From NCBI GenBank assembly GCA_046329555.1, contig JAXLUK010000002.1, forward strand, positions 128,983 to 192,982: a stretch of DNA of 64,000 nt. Direction: 5' to 3'. The translations under genes were made by a program, and so were the position numbers. Source of the stretch: Chitinophagales bacterium (GTDB lineage Bacteria; Bacteroidota; Bacteroidia; Chitinophagales; LD1). The notes beneath the pieces were generated by a model. The model did not search any database. It saw only the letters and a list, made by a program, of their open reading frames with translations, and was not told where the DNA came from. Numbering within the stretch: position 1 is the stretch's first letter; every line of letters begins with the position of its first letter. Shown one piece after another: positions 1 through 8,923 of this stretch.

Positions 1-2
1 GC

Positions 3-3000
3 TACAACTGGGTTGTTGGTCCTGACTACTATAACACAGGCTATGTAAGCACTTACTACGGCGGCAAAGAATCTACCCATGGTTGCACCTGTACCTATGC
101 TGCGGGGACCTGTCCTTATAATTGTTCCCGTAGAATTGATATCGGCTCAGGTGCAATTTTATTTGCTACGTCGCACATCAAGGGGCCAGTAAATATTACA
201 GCCAGCCAGGGCACCAGCACCAACCAAATTGCCCTGACGTGGGATGCCGGAACAGATATTCCAGATGGCTCTGTGGGTTATCGCATTTACCGCGACGGCG
301 TTTTATACGCAACCATTGGCGGCGCTAATCGCTCCTTTACCGATATCGTAGGTGTTGCCGAAACACACAACTACGACATCCGCACTTACACCAATGGATG
401 GGGTGGCAGCGAATCTTACTACAACGGCTATGTAACCGGTTATACATTCGACACGCACTTCTCGGCAACCGACGGCACGCTTTATGGTAAAACCAAATTA
501 ACCTGGGATAATTTTTCGGCTCTTTCTCCAGATGGTATTGAAGTGTTGCGCGATGGCGTTCAAATTGCAGTAGTTGGTAAAAACAATACACAATACACCG
601 ATTTCGACGGAGTACCTGGCGTAGTATATACCTATTCAATCAGAGGTATTAATGGCAACAGCTATACGCTACCGTATTATAACACCGGCTATGCCCGTCC
701 GAATGGCGTTATCAAAGGGAATGTGCGCACCATTTTTAACGGTGGCGTGAGCGGTGTAACCATTACGGCTACCAGTACCATCAAAGGCATTCCTTATGCT
801 TACACCGCTACTTCAGATGCCTCAGGATTTTATGAGATACGGGATGTTTTCTACGATACCGCAGCAACATATACGATTGTTCCAAGCAAGAATATTCACA
901 AGTTCAATCCAGATACGCTGCGCAGAAATTTAAGCATGAATGCCAATCTGGCCTCACAAGTTGACTTTACCGACACCACTGTGTTTTCTGTATTAGGGAA
1001 AGTTGCATTTGCAGCAGATGCGCACTCCGCTTCAGGTTGTGGCATTGCCGGAGTAGATATATACAAGAACGGGCAATATACAGGTGTAAAAACCGATGCC
1101 AATGGCAGCTATATCCTCACTATACAGGATGAAGGTAATTATGTGATTGAACCACGATACAAGAATCACACCTTCGATACTGCTTCGAAATCGGTTTATG
1201 TAAACGATAACATGTTCAATGTCAATTTCACCGATACGAAGTATGATACGCTTTTTGTAAGTATTAAAGGCGGATGCCGCAATGAGGTAGCACATCATGC
1301 CAATCTGAATATTGCATCCGCAAACGGATGCTGGGTTTATCCTTCCTATTATTTAAGCGGTGCACTTTCCCAGCAATTTTTAGTGGTTCCAGCGCAGTCG
1401 TACACCGTTAATTGTCCGCAAGGGAATGTGTTTTCAGATGCAGTAAACCCTGACCCCAATATTTTCTTCAATGCCATTACTGTAGATCTTTCAGAACGAG
1501 ATTCCGTACAACAAACAGTTTATGATTCAGTAACAGTTACTATACCGGCTGATACGATAACCGCTGTTAACGGCACATTAATCATCACACCGGCGCATAG
1601 TAGTACTCGAGTAGATACCATTCAACAAACGATAGCCTTACAAGGCCGAGCCGATTTCGTGCATCATGGCACATTAGAAGTTCGTGTGCTGCGTTTGGAT
1701 AGCAGTGGCTGTGCACAATACCCATTTGTTCTGGAGCAGGAAAGCCGATACCCTACCCGGGTTGAAATCAGCGAATTCTACGACTATGGTGGCGTGGATA
1801 TCCGTTGTCCGGTTGATTCAGGTGAATTATTGATATATGATGATGTGAGTGATTTGGGGGTTCAAAGTGTGAACTTCTATAATGGCGTCTATAACTACAC
1901 GGTTCGCCCGGGTATCCCGAATATAGCCAATCCTTATACTAAGGTGTTGCAGTTTTTTGTTAACGTAGGAAATGCCCACGCCAATGTACCACTTCAGGTG
2001 TTGGTAACCGGTCATCGCCCTAAAACACAAACCTTCGTTACTAAAACGCCAGAGTTACCATTCTTCGTTTTACACGACCCTCCGGGTGACGGCAGCTATG
2101 CCTACATGATGAAGGATTCCAACTATTCTTACACCTACAATAACCAGTACCAATACGGTGGTGCCGCAGGTATTTATACTGATTGTAATATTGGCGGGGG
2201 CGTGCCTATTCCATTTACCGGAATCACTATTGGCACCGGTGTTCATATTGAAGCGGAAGTTACAACCGGGCGCGACAACACTAACAGAAACGGCCTTACC
2301 ACTAGCTTCCACGCTACCGACCAATTCTCTACATCGGCTAGTCCGGATTTTATCGGTTCGGATGGCGATGTGTTTGTTGGTGGCTCGTTCAACATGATTT
2401 ATGCCTTAACTGATGTTATTAAATTCAACAATTGCGCTGTAGAAAAAGACACGCAGCTAGTGTGGGGTGCCAATGGTTTGGCCACCACCTACATTTATAC
2501 AGAAAAGCATATTCGCGAAACGTTAATTCCCCAATTGGAATTATTGAAATCACTTTCGCATGGCGATACCATTGATCAAATAGATGGATATATCAAGGTT
2601 TGGAAACAAACGCTCCACAATAACCGCCGAAACAGAGATACGGCCGCCACATTTATCGAAAATATATCTTATAGCGGCGGTTCTTCTTTTGACCGCAGCG
2701 CTACCAATTCTACCGATACCAACACCTACGTTGATTACAACATTTACTTAGATGCCAGCTTACAGGCTGGTGTGGTATTCGGTGATATATCGGGTTGGGC
2801 TTTGAATCAGTTTGGTATCAAAGCCAACTTCCGTTGGGTGACTAACCGCACGGATGAAACAACCATATCGAATTCTAAAACAATGGGCTATCATTTAGAA
2901 GATGGTACGCCTGGTGACTTCTTTAGCGTTGATATCAAGAAAGATAAAGTTAATGGAACGCCTTCATTTAAATTGGTGGCTGGAACCAGCTCTTGCCCGC

Positions 3001-5861
3001 ATGAAGCGGGTACACAAGCACGTGATTACCCTGAAATCACTTTGGACAACTACGTTGTAGCCGGTGTTCCACTGAATACACCAGCAAATTTTGTTGCCCA
3101 CCTTTATAACGTTAGTGAAAGTTTAGAAGGAAGAACATACGAAGCCCGCGTGGTACCTGAAAGTAATCTGGATGGCGCCATCATTAAACTGGCTGGACAA
3201 CCCATAAATAATGCGGCTGCCAGCTTCACTATTCCTGCCGGACAACAAATTCCGGCGGTGTTGAGTGTTGAACGCGGACCGCTGGCTTCAGACTACAACA
3301 ACCTGCAGGTGCAAATTTATTCGCCTTGTGATCCTGATCAGGAATTTACCACTAATAAGAATATCGTAACCTTCTCCGCGCATTTCCAAAGCTCTTGCAG
3401 TCCTATCGACATGTTTACGCCAAGCGATGGATGGCTGGTAAATGCAGACAATCACGATTCTTTACTAATCATTTTTAGTGGATACGATGCGTCTAATCCA
3501 AACTTGTTAGAGATTGGATTAGAATACCGCAAAATCGGTCAGTCGGCCTGGCTGTCAGCAACCAATCCACCTATTGCCAAAGCAGCGCTTACTGCCCCTT
3601 ACAAAAACTTCTGGTTCCGAACCAATAGTTTGCCCGATGGTCAATATGAACTGCGCGCCTTTTCCAATTGTGGTGCAGTGCCAGGTGGCCGTACGTATTC
3701 GCCAATTTTACGCGGCACTATCGACCGTAAAACAATCAAACTATACGGCACACCAAGTCCAGCCGATGGTATTCTAAATATTAACGAAAATATTAGCGTC
3801 ACCTTTAATGAGGCAGTTGATTGCAATCAATTCTACAATGCTATCTTCTCGAAATTAGTTAGAGCAGATAACGGACAACCCATACCGCACACGATTACGT
3901 GCAGTGGAAATTCAATTTTAATTGAAACAAATCCCCCTTCGTTACTCGATAGTTTACAGCAGGTAATGCTTACCGCTACAATCGGCAATGTGCGCGATGT
4001 GAATGGTAATCTGTTACCGAACAACGTGGTATGGAGCTTCCTGGTTAACCGTGGCCAAATTTTCTGGGACCCATCTAACAAAAACATCAGCGTAACACAA
4101 GGAACAGCAAGCGCCGGTAATGCTACACTGCGTAATGTTTCTGCATCCACTGCTGATTTTTATCTGGTTTCAAAGCCAGATTGGATGACTATCAACAATA
4201 TTCCCAATCTGGCAAATCCTACCTCCGTACCCGGAAGCAACGGCACCTTCGATGTCAACTTCTCTATTTCCACTACGTTGAATCCTGGCGGATATGATGA
4301 CACTTTAATAGCCACCATTAATGGCTTGCCACAATATCTGATGGTTCATGTTGATGTAACGAAGCCGGCACCAAACTGGACTGTCGACCCCTCAAAATAT
4401 CAGTATAGCATGAACGTTGTTACCAACTTCAGCCTCACCGATATGAATGCACCTTTATCCAGCGATACACGCGATAAAGTAGCGGCATTTGTGAAAGGTG
4501 AATGTCGTGGTGTAGGTAATATCCAATACGTTACGTCATTAGGAAAGTATATTGCATTTCTAACAGTTTATAGCGACAGTGTAGTTGGCGATACGCTTTC
4601 TTTCAGAATGTGGGATGCCCTGCCAGGCACTGAGCATCAGGCCAAAGAAACCTTGCGGTTTGTAAACGACGGCATTGTTGGTCAACCACTGGCACCATTC
4701 ATTTTACATTCGGGAGGCGTATATCAAACTATGACGCTGAAGGCAGGATGGAATTGGTTCTCACTTAATGTTAGAAGCAGTAATATGACCGTAGGTGCGG
4801 TGTTGAAACAATTAAAGCCTTCGAATGGCGATGTTGTAAAAACACTAGGTGCTTATGCGCAGTATTCTACCGCCAGCAATGCCTGGGTTGGCGCGCTGTC
4901 GCAATTCAGCATTGCTAACAGTTACATGATGTATCTCACTAATCCAGATACCCTTCATTTCTTAGGTCAGTTGGTTAAAGACACGATTACCAAATCAGTG
5001 GTAGCAGGATGGAACTGGACTGGTTTCCCACGTCAGGACAACACCTCGCTTTCTGACTATCTCAAATCTTACCCGGCGAGCAACGGCGATATCTTCAAGA
5101 GTCAAACTGCATTTAGCACTTTCACCGGAGGGAGTTGGAACGGTACACTTGCCGGCCTGCAACCTGGTGAAGGCTATAAATTAAAGGCAGCAAACTCCTC
5201 GGTGTTTGATATTACACCTGACCGCAGCTTGCCAAGTTGGCAATTAAATGAAAACGCGTATGAGTACAACATGACCATCACAGCCGTTTTAAAATTCAAT
5301 CATGTACCTTCCCGCGAAAGCCACTTCCTGATTGGCGTATTTAATGGAAGCGCTTGCGTAGGATTGGCGCAGCCTGAGTATTTAACCGCATTGGACGCTT
5401 ACCGCATTTTTGCCACCGTACATGGAGATGCATCTTCGAACAACCAACCGCTTTCGTTTAAAGTCTGGGATTTGGACAATAACATGGAATACCTACCAAC
5501 GTACGATCCACAGAATTTTGTAACCGACGCTAATGTAGCCACGGTAGAATCACCATACGTTCTGGACGTTGCTGTAAATGGAATTAATCAACTGGTGGCT
5601 GAAGGTTATTCGCTATCGCAGAATATTCCAAACCCTTTCAGCACCAATACCCGAATTGAATTTTCAATTCCGAAAGAACAACTGGTAACGATTGAAATCT
5701 TTGACCAATCGGGAAAGATTGTTGCTACGCCGGTTAATGGCAAGTTATCATCGGGCAGACATCAGTTAGACTTTGCTGTAGAGGATTTACCAAAAGGAAT
5801 TTACAGCTACCGAATGACATCTGGCGAATTTTCAAGGACTAAACGAATGGTAATTCTGTAA
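3..5861 (+). CDS. Giant secreted surface protein (5' end lies outside the window) with C-terminal T9SS type A sorting domain
   Basis: Frame 3 is open from nt 3, with no stop before the GTG at 273 used by the ORF track, so the gene continues upstream. It has Fn3-like YRIYRDG / EVLRDG modules and two CarboxypepD_reg-like segments (GVIKGNV..., VLGKVAF...DANGSY). A long uncharacterised core follows. The terminal ~80 aa (NIPNPFSTNTRIEFSIP...GIYSYRM...KRMVIL) are typical of T9SS CTDs. A hairpin terminator follows the stop. Confidence 0.8.
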   Translation, partial: YNWVVGPDYYNTGYVSTYYGGKESTHGCTCTYAAGTCPYNCSRRIDIGSGAILFATSHIKGPVNITASQGTSTNQIALTWDAGTDIPDGSVGYRIYRDGVLYATIGGANRSFTDIVGVAETHNYDIRTYTNGWGGSESYYNGYVTGYTFDTHFSATDGTLYGKTKLTWDNFSALSPDGIEVLRDGVQIAVVGKNNTQYTDFDGVPGVVYTYSIRGINGNSYTLPYYNTGYARPNGVIKGNVRTIFNGGVSGVTITATSTIKGIPYAYTATSDASGFYEIRDVFYDTAATYTIVPSKNIHKFNPDTLRRNLSMNANLASQVDFTDTTVFSVLGKVAFAADAHSASGCGIAGVDIYKNGQYTGVKTDANGSYILTIQDEGNYVIEPRYKNHTFDTASKSVYVNDNMFNVNFTDTKYDTLFVSIKGGCRNEVAHHANLNIASANGCWVYPSYYLSGALSQQFLVVPAQSYTVNCPQGNVFSDAVNPDPNIFFNAITVDLSERDSVQQTVYDSVTVTIPADTITAVNGTLIITPAHSSTRVDTIQQTIALQGRADFVHHGTLEVRVLRLDSSGCAQYPFVLEQESRYPTRVEISEFYDYGGVDIRCPVDSGELLIYDDVSDLGVQSVNFYNGVYNYTVRPGIPNIANPYTKVLQFFVNVGNAHANVPLQVLVTGHRPKTQTFVTKTPELPFFVLHDPPGDGSYAYMMKDSNYSYTYNNQYQYGGAAGIYTDCNIGGGVPIPFTGITIGTGVHIEAEVTTGRDNTNRNGLTTSFHATDQFSTSASPDFIGSDGDVFVGGSFNMIYALTDVIKFNNCAVEKDTQLVWGANGLATTYIYTEKHIRETLIPQLELLKSLSHGDTIDQIDGYIKVWKQTLHNNRRNRDTAATFIENISYSGGSSFDRSATNSTDTNTYVDYNIYLDASLQAGVVFGDISGWALNQFGIKANFRWVTNRTDETTISNSKTMGYHLEDGTPGDFFSVDIKKDKVNGTPSFKLVAGTSSCPHEAGTQARDYPEITLDNYVVAGVPLNTPANFVAHLYNVSESLEGRTYEARVVPESNLDGAIIKLAGQPINNAAASFTIPAGQQIPAVLSVERGPLASDYNNLQVQIYSPCDPDQEFTTNKNIVTFSAHFQSSCSPIDMFTPSDGWLVNADNHDSLLIIFSGYDASNPNLLEIGLEYRKIGQSAWLSATNPPIAKAALTAPYKNFWFRTNSLPDGQYELRAFSNCGAVPGGRTYSPILRGTIDRKTIKLYGTPSPADGILNINENISVTFNEAVDCNQFYNAIFSKLVRADNGQPIPHTITCSGNSILIETNPPSLLDSLQQVMLTATIGNVRDVNGNLLPNNVVWSFLVNRGQIFWDPSNKNISVTQGTASAGNATLRNVSASTADFYLVSKPDWMTINNIPNLANPTSVPGSNGTFDVNFSISTTLNPGGYDDTLIATINGLPQYLMVHVDVTKPAPNWTVDPSKYQYSMNVVTNFSLTDMNAPLSSDTRDKVAAFVKGECRGVGNIQYVTSLGKYIAFLTVYSDSVVGDTLSFRMWDALPGTEHQAKETLRFVNDGIVGQPLAPFILHSGGVYQTMTLKAGWNWFSLNVRSSNMTVGAVLKQLKPSNGDVVKTLGAYAQYSTASNAWVGALSQFSIANSYMMYLTNPDTLHFLGQLVKDTITKSVVAGWNWTGFPRQDNTSLSDYLKSYPASNGDIFKSQTAFSTFTGGSWNGTLAGLQPGEGYKLKAANSSVFDITPDRSLPSWQLNENAYEYNMTITAVLKFNHVPSRESHFLIGVFNGSACVGLAQPEYLTALDAYRIFATVHGDASSNNQPLSFKVWDLDNNMEYLPTYDPQNFVTDANVATVESPYVLDVAVNGINQLVAEGYSLSQNIPNPFSTNTRIEFSIPKEQLVTIEIFDQSGKIVATPVNGKLSSGRHQLDFAVEDLPKGIYSYRMTSGEFSRTKRMVIL

Positions 5862-5871
5862 TGAATACAAT

Positions 5872-5903
5872 TCCCTCCGGTTTTACCGGGGGGATTTTTT
5901 TTA
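5872..5903 (+). terminator. Rho-independent terminator after the giant surface protein gene
   Basis: Stem TCCCTCCGG (5872-5880) pairs with CCGGGGGGA (5886-5894), including one G-U pair. The loop is TTTTA and a T8 run follows at 5895-5903. Confidence 0.7.
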
Positions 5904-6611
5904 TTATAGAACGAGCTGGCGCAACAACTCCCTGTTACCTTCCAACGCATTTCCGATAACTACTACATCGGCACCAGCGTTTGCAGCAGCAGTTAAATGA
6001 TCAGCCGTTCGCAAACCACCGCCAACGATTACAGGTATAGTCACATTCCTTTTTACTGCCTCAATCATCGCCGCAGGAACGGGTTGTAACGCGCCACTTC
6101 CAGCCTCCAGATAAATGGCCTGCAAACCCAGTAACTCTCCGGCCATGGCCGTGGCTACGGCCACATCATTACGGTCAGATGGAATTGGCGCCGTTTGGGT
6201 AATATAGGCAGTTGTCGCTGTTCTTCCTCCATCAATCAATACATAACCAACAGGAATAGCTGGTAACTGCATTTGCCTGATACGCGGTGCCGCAGCCACC
6301 TGCTGACCGATAAGGTATTCGGCATTTCTACCTGAGATTAACGACAGCATTAGCAACGCATCAGCGCGTGTATCCAGCTGCATTTGATTTCCGGGGAAAA
6401 TTACCACCGGAATTGTTGTATTGTTCTTTAACCAACCAACCAAATCATTAAAAGAATCGCCCAGCAGCAAACTACTTCCAACAAAAAAATAATCTAACAA
6501 ACTATCTCTGGCCTGTTCTACCAGAATAGGCCAATCTGATTGGGTGAGTTTATCAGGATCCAGTAATACCGCTACTTTCGGACGCTTTCCCCGGCGCAAA
6601 TCAATCTTCAT
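5904..6611 (-). CDS. Geranylgeranylglyceryl/heptaprenylglyceryl phosphate synthase family protein (PcrB/GGGPS-like)
   Basis: PcrB-like motifs are present: LLDPDK, FFVGSS, VVIFPGN, YLEAGSGA, VGGGLRT and GADVVVIGNA. The start is trimmed to the ATG at 6611 (MKIDLRRGK), because the longer ORF to 6677 would overlap the rnc 3' end. Confidence 0.8.
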   Translation of the reverse strand: MKIDLRRGKRPKVAVLLDPDKLTQSDWPILVEQARDSLLDYFFVGSSLLLGDSFNDLVGWLKNNTTIPVVIFPGNQMQLDTRADALLMLSLISGRNAEYLIGQQVAAAPRIRQMQLPAIPVGYVLIDGGRTATTAYITQTAPIPSDRNDVAVATAMAGELLGLQAIYLEAGSGALQPVPAAMIEAVKRNVTIPVIVGGGLRTADHLTAAANAGADVVVIGNALEGNRELLRQLVL

Positions 6612-6612
6612 A

Positions 6613-7341
6613 TCAGGAAGCTGGTGTTTCGGTTTGCAATTTTTGTAAAGCGCGCATAGCCGCCTGCTGTTCCGCAATCTTCTTGCTAAAACCTTCTCCC
6701 CTGCCTACTGCTTCGCCATCAATAACAGCATCAATAACAAAATAACTGCGGCGGTTGCGCTGCTGTTCTTCTGCCACACGGAACTCGAGACCCTTGGCTT
6801 CTCGCTGTACATAATGATAGATCTTGCTTTTAAAGTCAACATCAGTGGCCTCCACTTCCTCTACATCCACTAAATGTTGCAGCACCCTTTTGAAAATAAA
6901 TTTTCGCGTAGCATCTATACCCGCATCCAAATACAAAGCGCCAATCAATGCTTCAAAAGTATTGCCGCCAATATCTTTGGGCATGCCATTCACCTGGCGC
7001 TTATTCATTTTAATTTTATCGGGCAAACCTAATTTATCCGCAATGGCGTTTAGCGATTTCCGGTTTACCAGCTTCGACCTCATTTCCGTAATAAATCCCT
7101 CCTCTCGGTAGGGATATTTCTTGAATAGAAATTCCGCCACCAACATGTCTAACACCGAGTCTCCCAATAACTCCAGCCGTTCGTTATTCTCGCGGGCATC
7201 ACCATACACCGAACGATGATTGAAAGTTTGTTTATACCACTTCAGTCGGGTGGGCGTAATGCCGGTTATGGCGCGGATATACCGAACTAGTTCTTTATCG
7301 TCGGATAAAACGGTGTTATATGCTTTTCTGATGAAAGACAA
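6613..7341 (-). CDS. rnc: Ribonuclease III
   Basis: It carries the RNase III signature ERLELLGDSVLD. A C-terminal dsRBD-like segment is present (FKSKIYHYVQ...GRGEGFSKKIAEQQAA). Confidence 0.92.
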   Translation of the reverse strand: MSFIRKAYNTVLSDDKELVRYIRAITGITPTRLKWYKQTFNHRSVYGDARENNERLELLGDSVLDMLVAEFLFKKYPYREEGFITEMRSKLVNRKSLNAIADKLGLPDKIKMNKRQVNGMPKDIGGNTFEALIGALYLDAGIDATRKFIFKRVLQHLVDVEEVEATDVDFKSKIYHYVQREAKGLEFRVAEEQQRNRRSYFVIDAVIDGEAVGRGEGFSKKIAEQQAAMRALQKLQTETPAS

Positions 7342-7357
7342 ACGCAGGTACTTTTAA

Positions 7358-7391
7358 CAAAAATAAAAAACGGCGCCGTATTGGCGCCGTT
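7358..7391 (-). terminator. Rho-independent terminator after the PorP/SprF-OmpA gene
   Basis: A perfect 9-bp stem AACGGCGCC / GGCGCCGTT (7369-7391) has the loop GTATT. On the minus strand it is followed by TTTTTATTTTT. Confidence 0.75.
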
Positions 7392-7397
7392 CGCGTT

Positions 7398-8900
7398 TTA
7401 TTCTTTAACTACCTTAAACTCTACCCGTCTGTTTTTCTGACGGCCTTCATCGGTGGTGTTATCTGCAACCGGATATCGCTTACCATAGCCAACATAGCTC
7501 AAACGGCGGGCATTGATGCCATTTTGAATGAGGTATTCATAAACCGCCTTGGCGCGGCGTTCGCTCAATAACTGATTGTATTGTTCACTGGCGATATCAT
7601 CTGTATTTCCTTCAATTTCAATATGCCAGTTCTTACGCTCATTCAATAAAGTAACCAATTGATCCAATTGTTTCTTCGATTCCGGAAGCAACTCCGATTT
7701 ATCCAAATCGAAGAAGATATTGTTCAGCACATAATGTTTACCAATATAACTCTTGGTACCCACCAACTTGCCATTTCTAAAGTCATCGCGATCTTTTGCT
7801 ACTTCGCTTAATAACTTTGAAAGACTATCATTTTCTGCTAACAGCTTTCTTGCTTTTTCATTTTCCGCACGCATCGCTTCGTTATCCTTCTTAGCCTTAT
7901 CTAACTGACGGCGCAGTTGTTCGTTGCGCAGATTGGCTTCATTATTCTGATACATCAAACTATCGATACGAATCTGCGAATCGCGCAGCTTTTTGGAGCT
8001 GCCATCTGCATTACCAAAATGAACGCCTAGAATAACCTCATGCGATCCACCTACATATGATTTGATTTTATTGTTCATGTTAAAATCGTAAGCATAGGCA
8101 ATGGTTACATGCTTAAACAGATCCACGCCGGCGATAGCGGAAACACCATATTCTGTGCGATAGGAAGCGCCCAAAAAAACCATGTGTTTGTAATCTAACA
8201 TCAGCGATGCATCTACCTGCACAGGAGCGCTGTTACCCTTGCGCACAAATACCATTGGTGTGATATTAAACTTCTCTTTGGCAATATTAATCTCGTAAGA
8301 AGCTGATGCCGTAATGTGCCGCGTTAACTGAAACTTCGATTCCTTTAATTGAGAAGTAATTCGCGCACTGGTATTGAGAATTTGCGGCATGGCAAAACCT
8401 ATCCGTAATTTCTTCCATTGGTAGGCGATACCAGCGTTTAAATCGAATGCCGCCCTTCGGCCAGAGTTCACCAGCAAGTAGTTGTCGTCATTGTCATGCG
8501 GATGTGCTTCATTAAAACGTACACGCGTATCCATTAAACCAATGCCTACACCTAGAGCAATCACATGATTTTTCCCTACATGAATTTTCTGTGCATAATT
8601 GATATGCGCGCTAACGCGCTGAATAATGTCGGTATTATCATTAATTACATCCACACCAACACCACTACGGTTCTTCCAGAAAGAGCCTTCGGCTGTGCCA
8701 CCCCGGGTAACAGGGCCGTTTGGATAACCTGTCCACTGATCACGATAGAACAAAAATGCGCGATAGTCGTTATTTATTCCGGTAAACGCGGGATTCAACA
8801 AAAACTGATTAAAGTAATAGGCACTATAAAGCGGCACCTGTTGAGCCTTCACCATCAAGGTGGCTGTTGCTACAGTAAGAAGAATTGCAAACTTTTTCAT
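7398..8900 (-). CDS. PorP/SprF-family T9SS membrane protein fused through a coiled coil to an OmpA-family peptidoglycan-binding domain
   Basis: The N-terminus has a signal peptide plus QQVPLYSAYYFNQFLLNPAFTG, typical of the PorP/SprF beta-barrel family. Residues ~305-375 are a charged heptad-like segment (NEQLRRQLDKAKKDNEAMRAENEKARKLL). The C-terminus is an OmpA_C domain (NIFFDLDKSEL...LSERRAKAVYEYL...GYGKRYP...NRRVEF). Confidence 0.85.
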   Translation of the reverse strand: MKKFAILLTVATATLMVKAQQVPLYSAYYFNQFLLNPAFTGINNDYRAFLFYRDQWTGYPNGPVTRGGTAEGSFWKNRSGVGVDVINDNTDIIQRVSAHINYAQKIHVGKNHVIALGVGIGLMDTRVRFNEAHPHDNDDNYLLVNSGRRAAFDLNAGIAYQWKKLRIGFAMPQILNTSARITSQLKESKFQLTRHITASASYEINIAKEKFNITPMVFVRKGNSAPVQVDASLMLDYKHMVFLGASYRTEYGVSAIAGVDLFKHVTIAYAYDFNMNNKIKSYVGGSHEVILGVHFGNADGSSKKLRDSQIRIDSLMYQNNEANLRNEQLRRQLDKAKKDNEAMRAENEKARKLLAENDSLSKLLSEVAKDRDDFRNGKLVGTKSYIGKHYVLNNIFFDLDKSELLPESKKQLDQLVTLLNERKNWHIEIEGNTDDIASEQYNQLLSERRAKAVYEYLIQNGINARRLSYVGYGKRYPVADNTTDEGRQKNRRVEFKVVKE

Positions 8901-8923
8901 TTCTTATGTTTTGATGATGAGGA

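Noticed and set aside
6612-6677. N-terminal extensions given by the ORF track for several genes: 6612-6677 (GGGPS), 20068-20178 (DJ-1-like), 36395-36523 (AcpH-like), 36411-36458 (tyrS), 39624-39689 (acpP), 51475-51624 (accC), 62305-62418 (tmk) and 62390-62401 (crtI).
   Set aside because: Each extension overlaps the neighbouring gene and precedes an internal start that gives the canonical family N-terminus. I therefore trimmed the starts. The tmk start remains uncertain.
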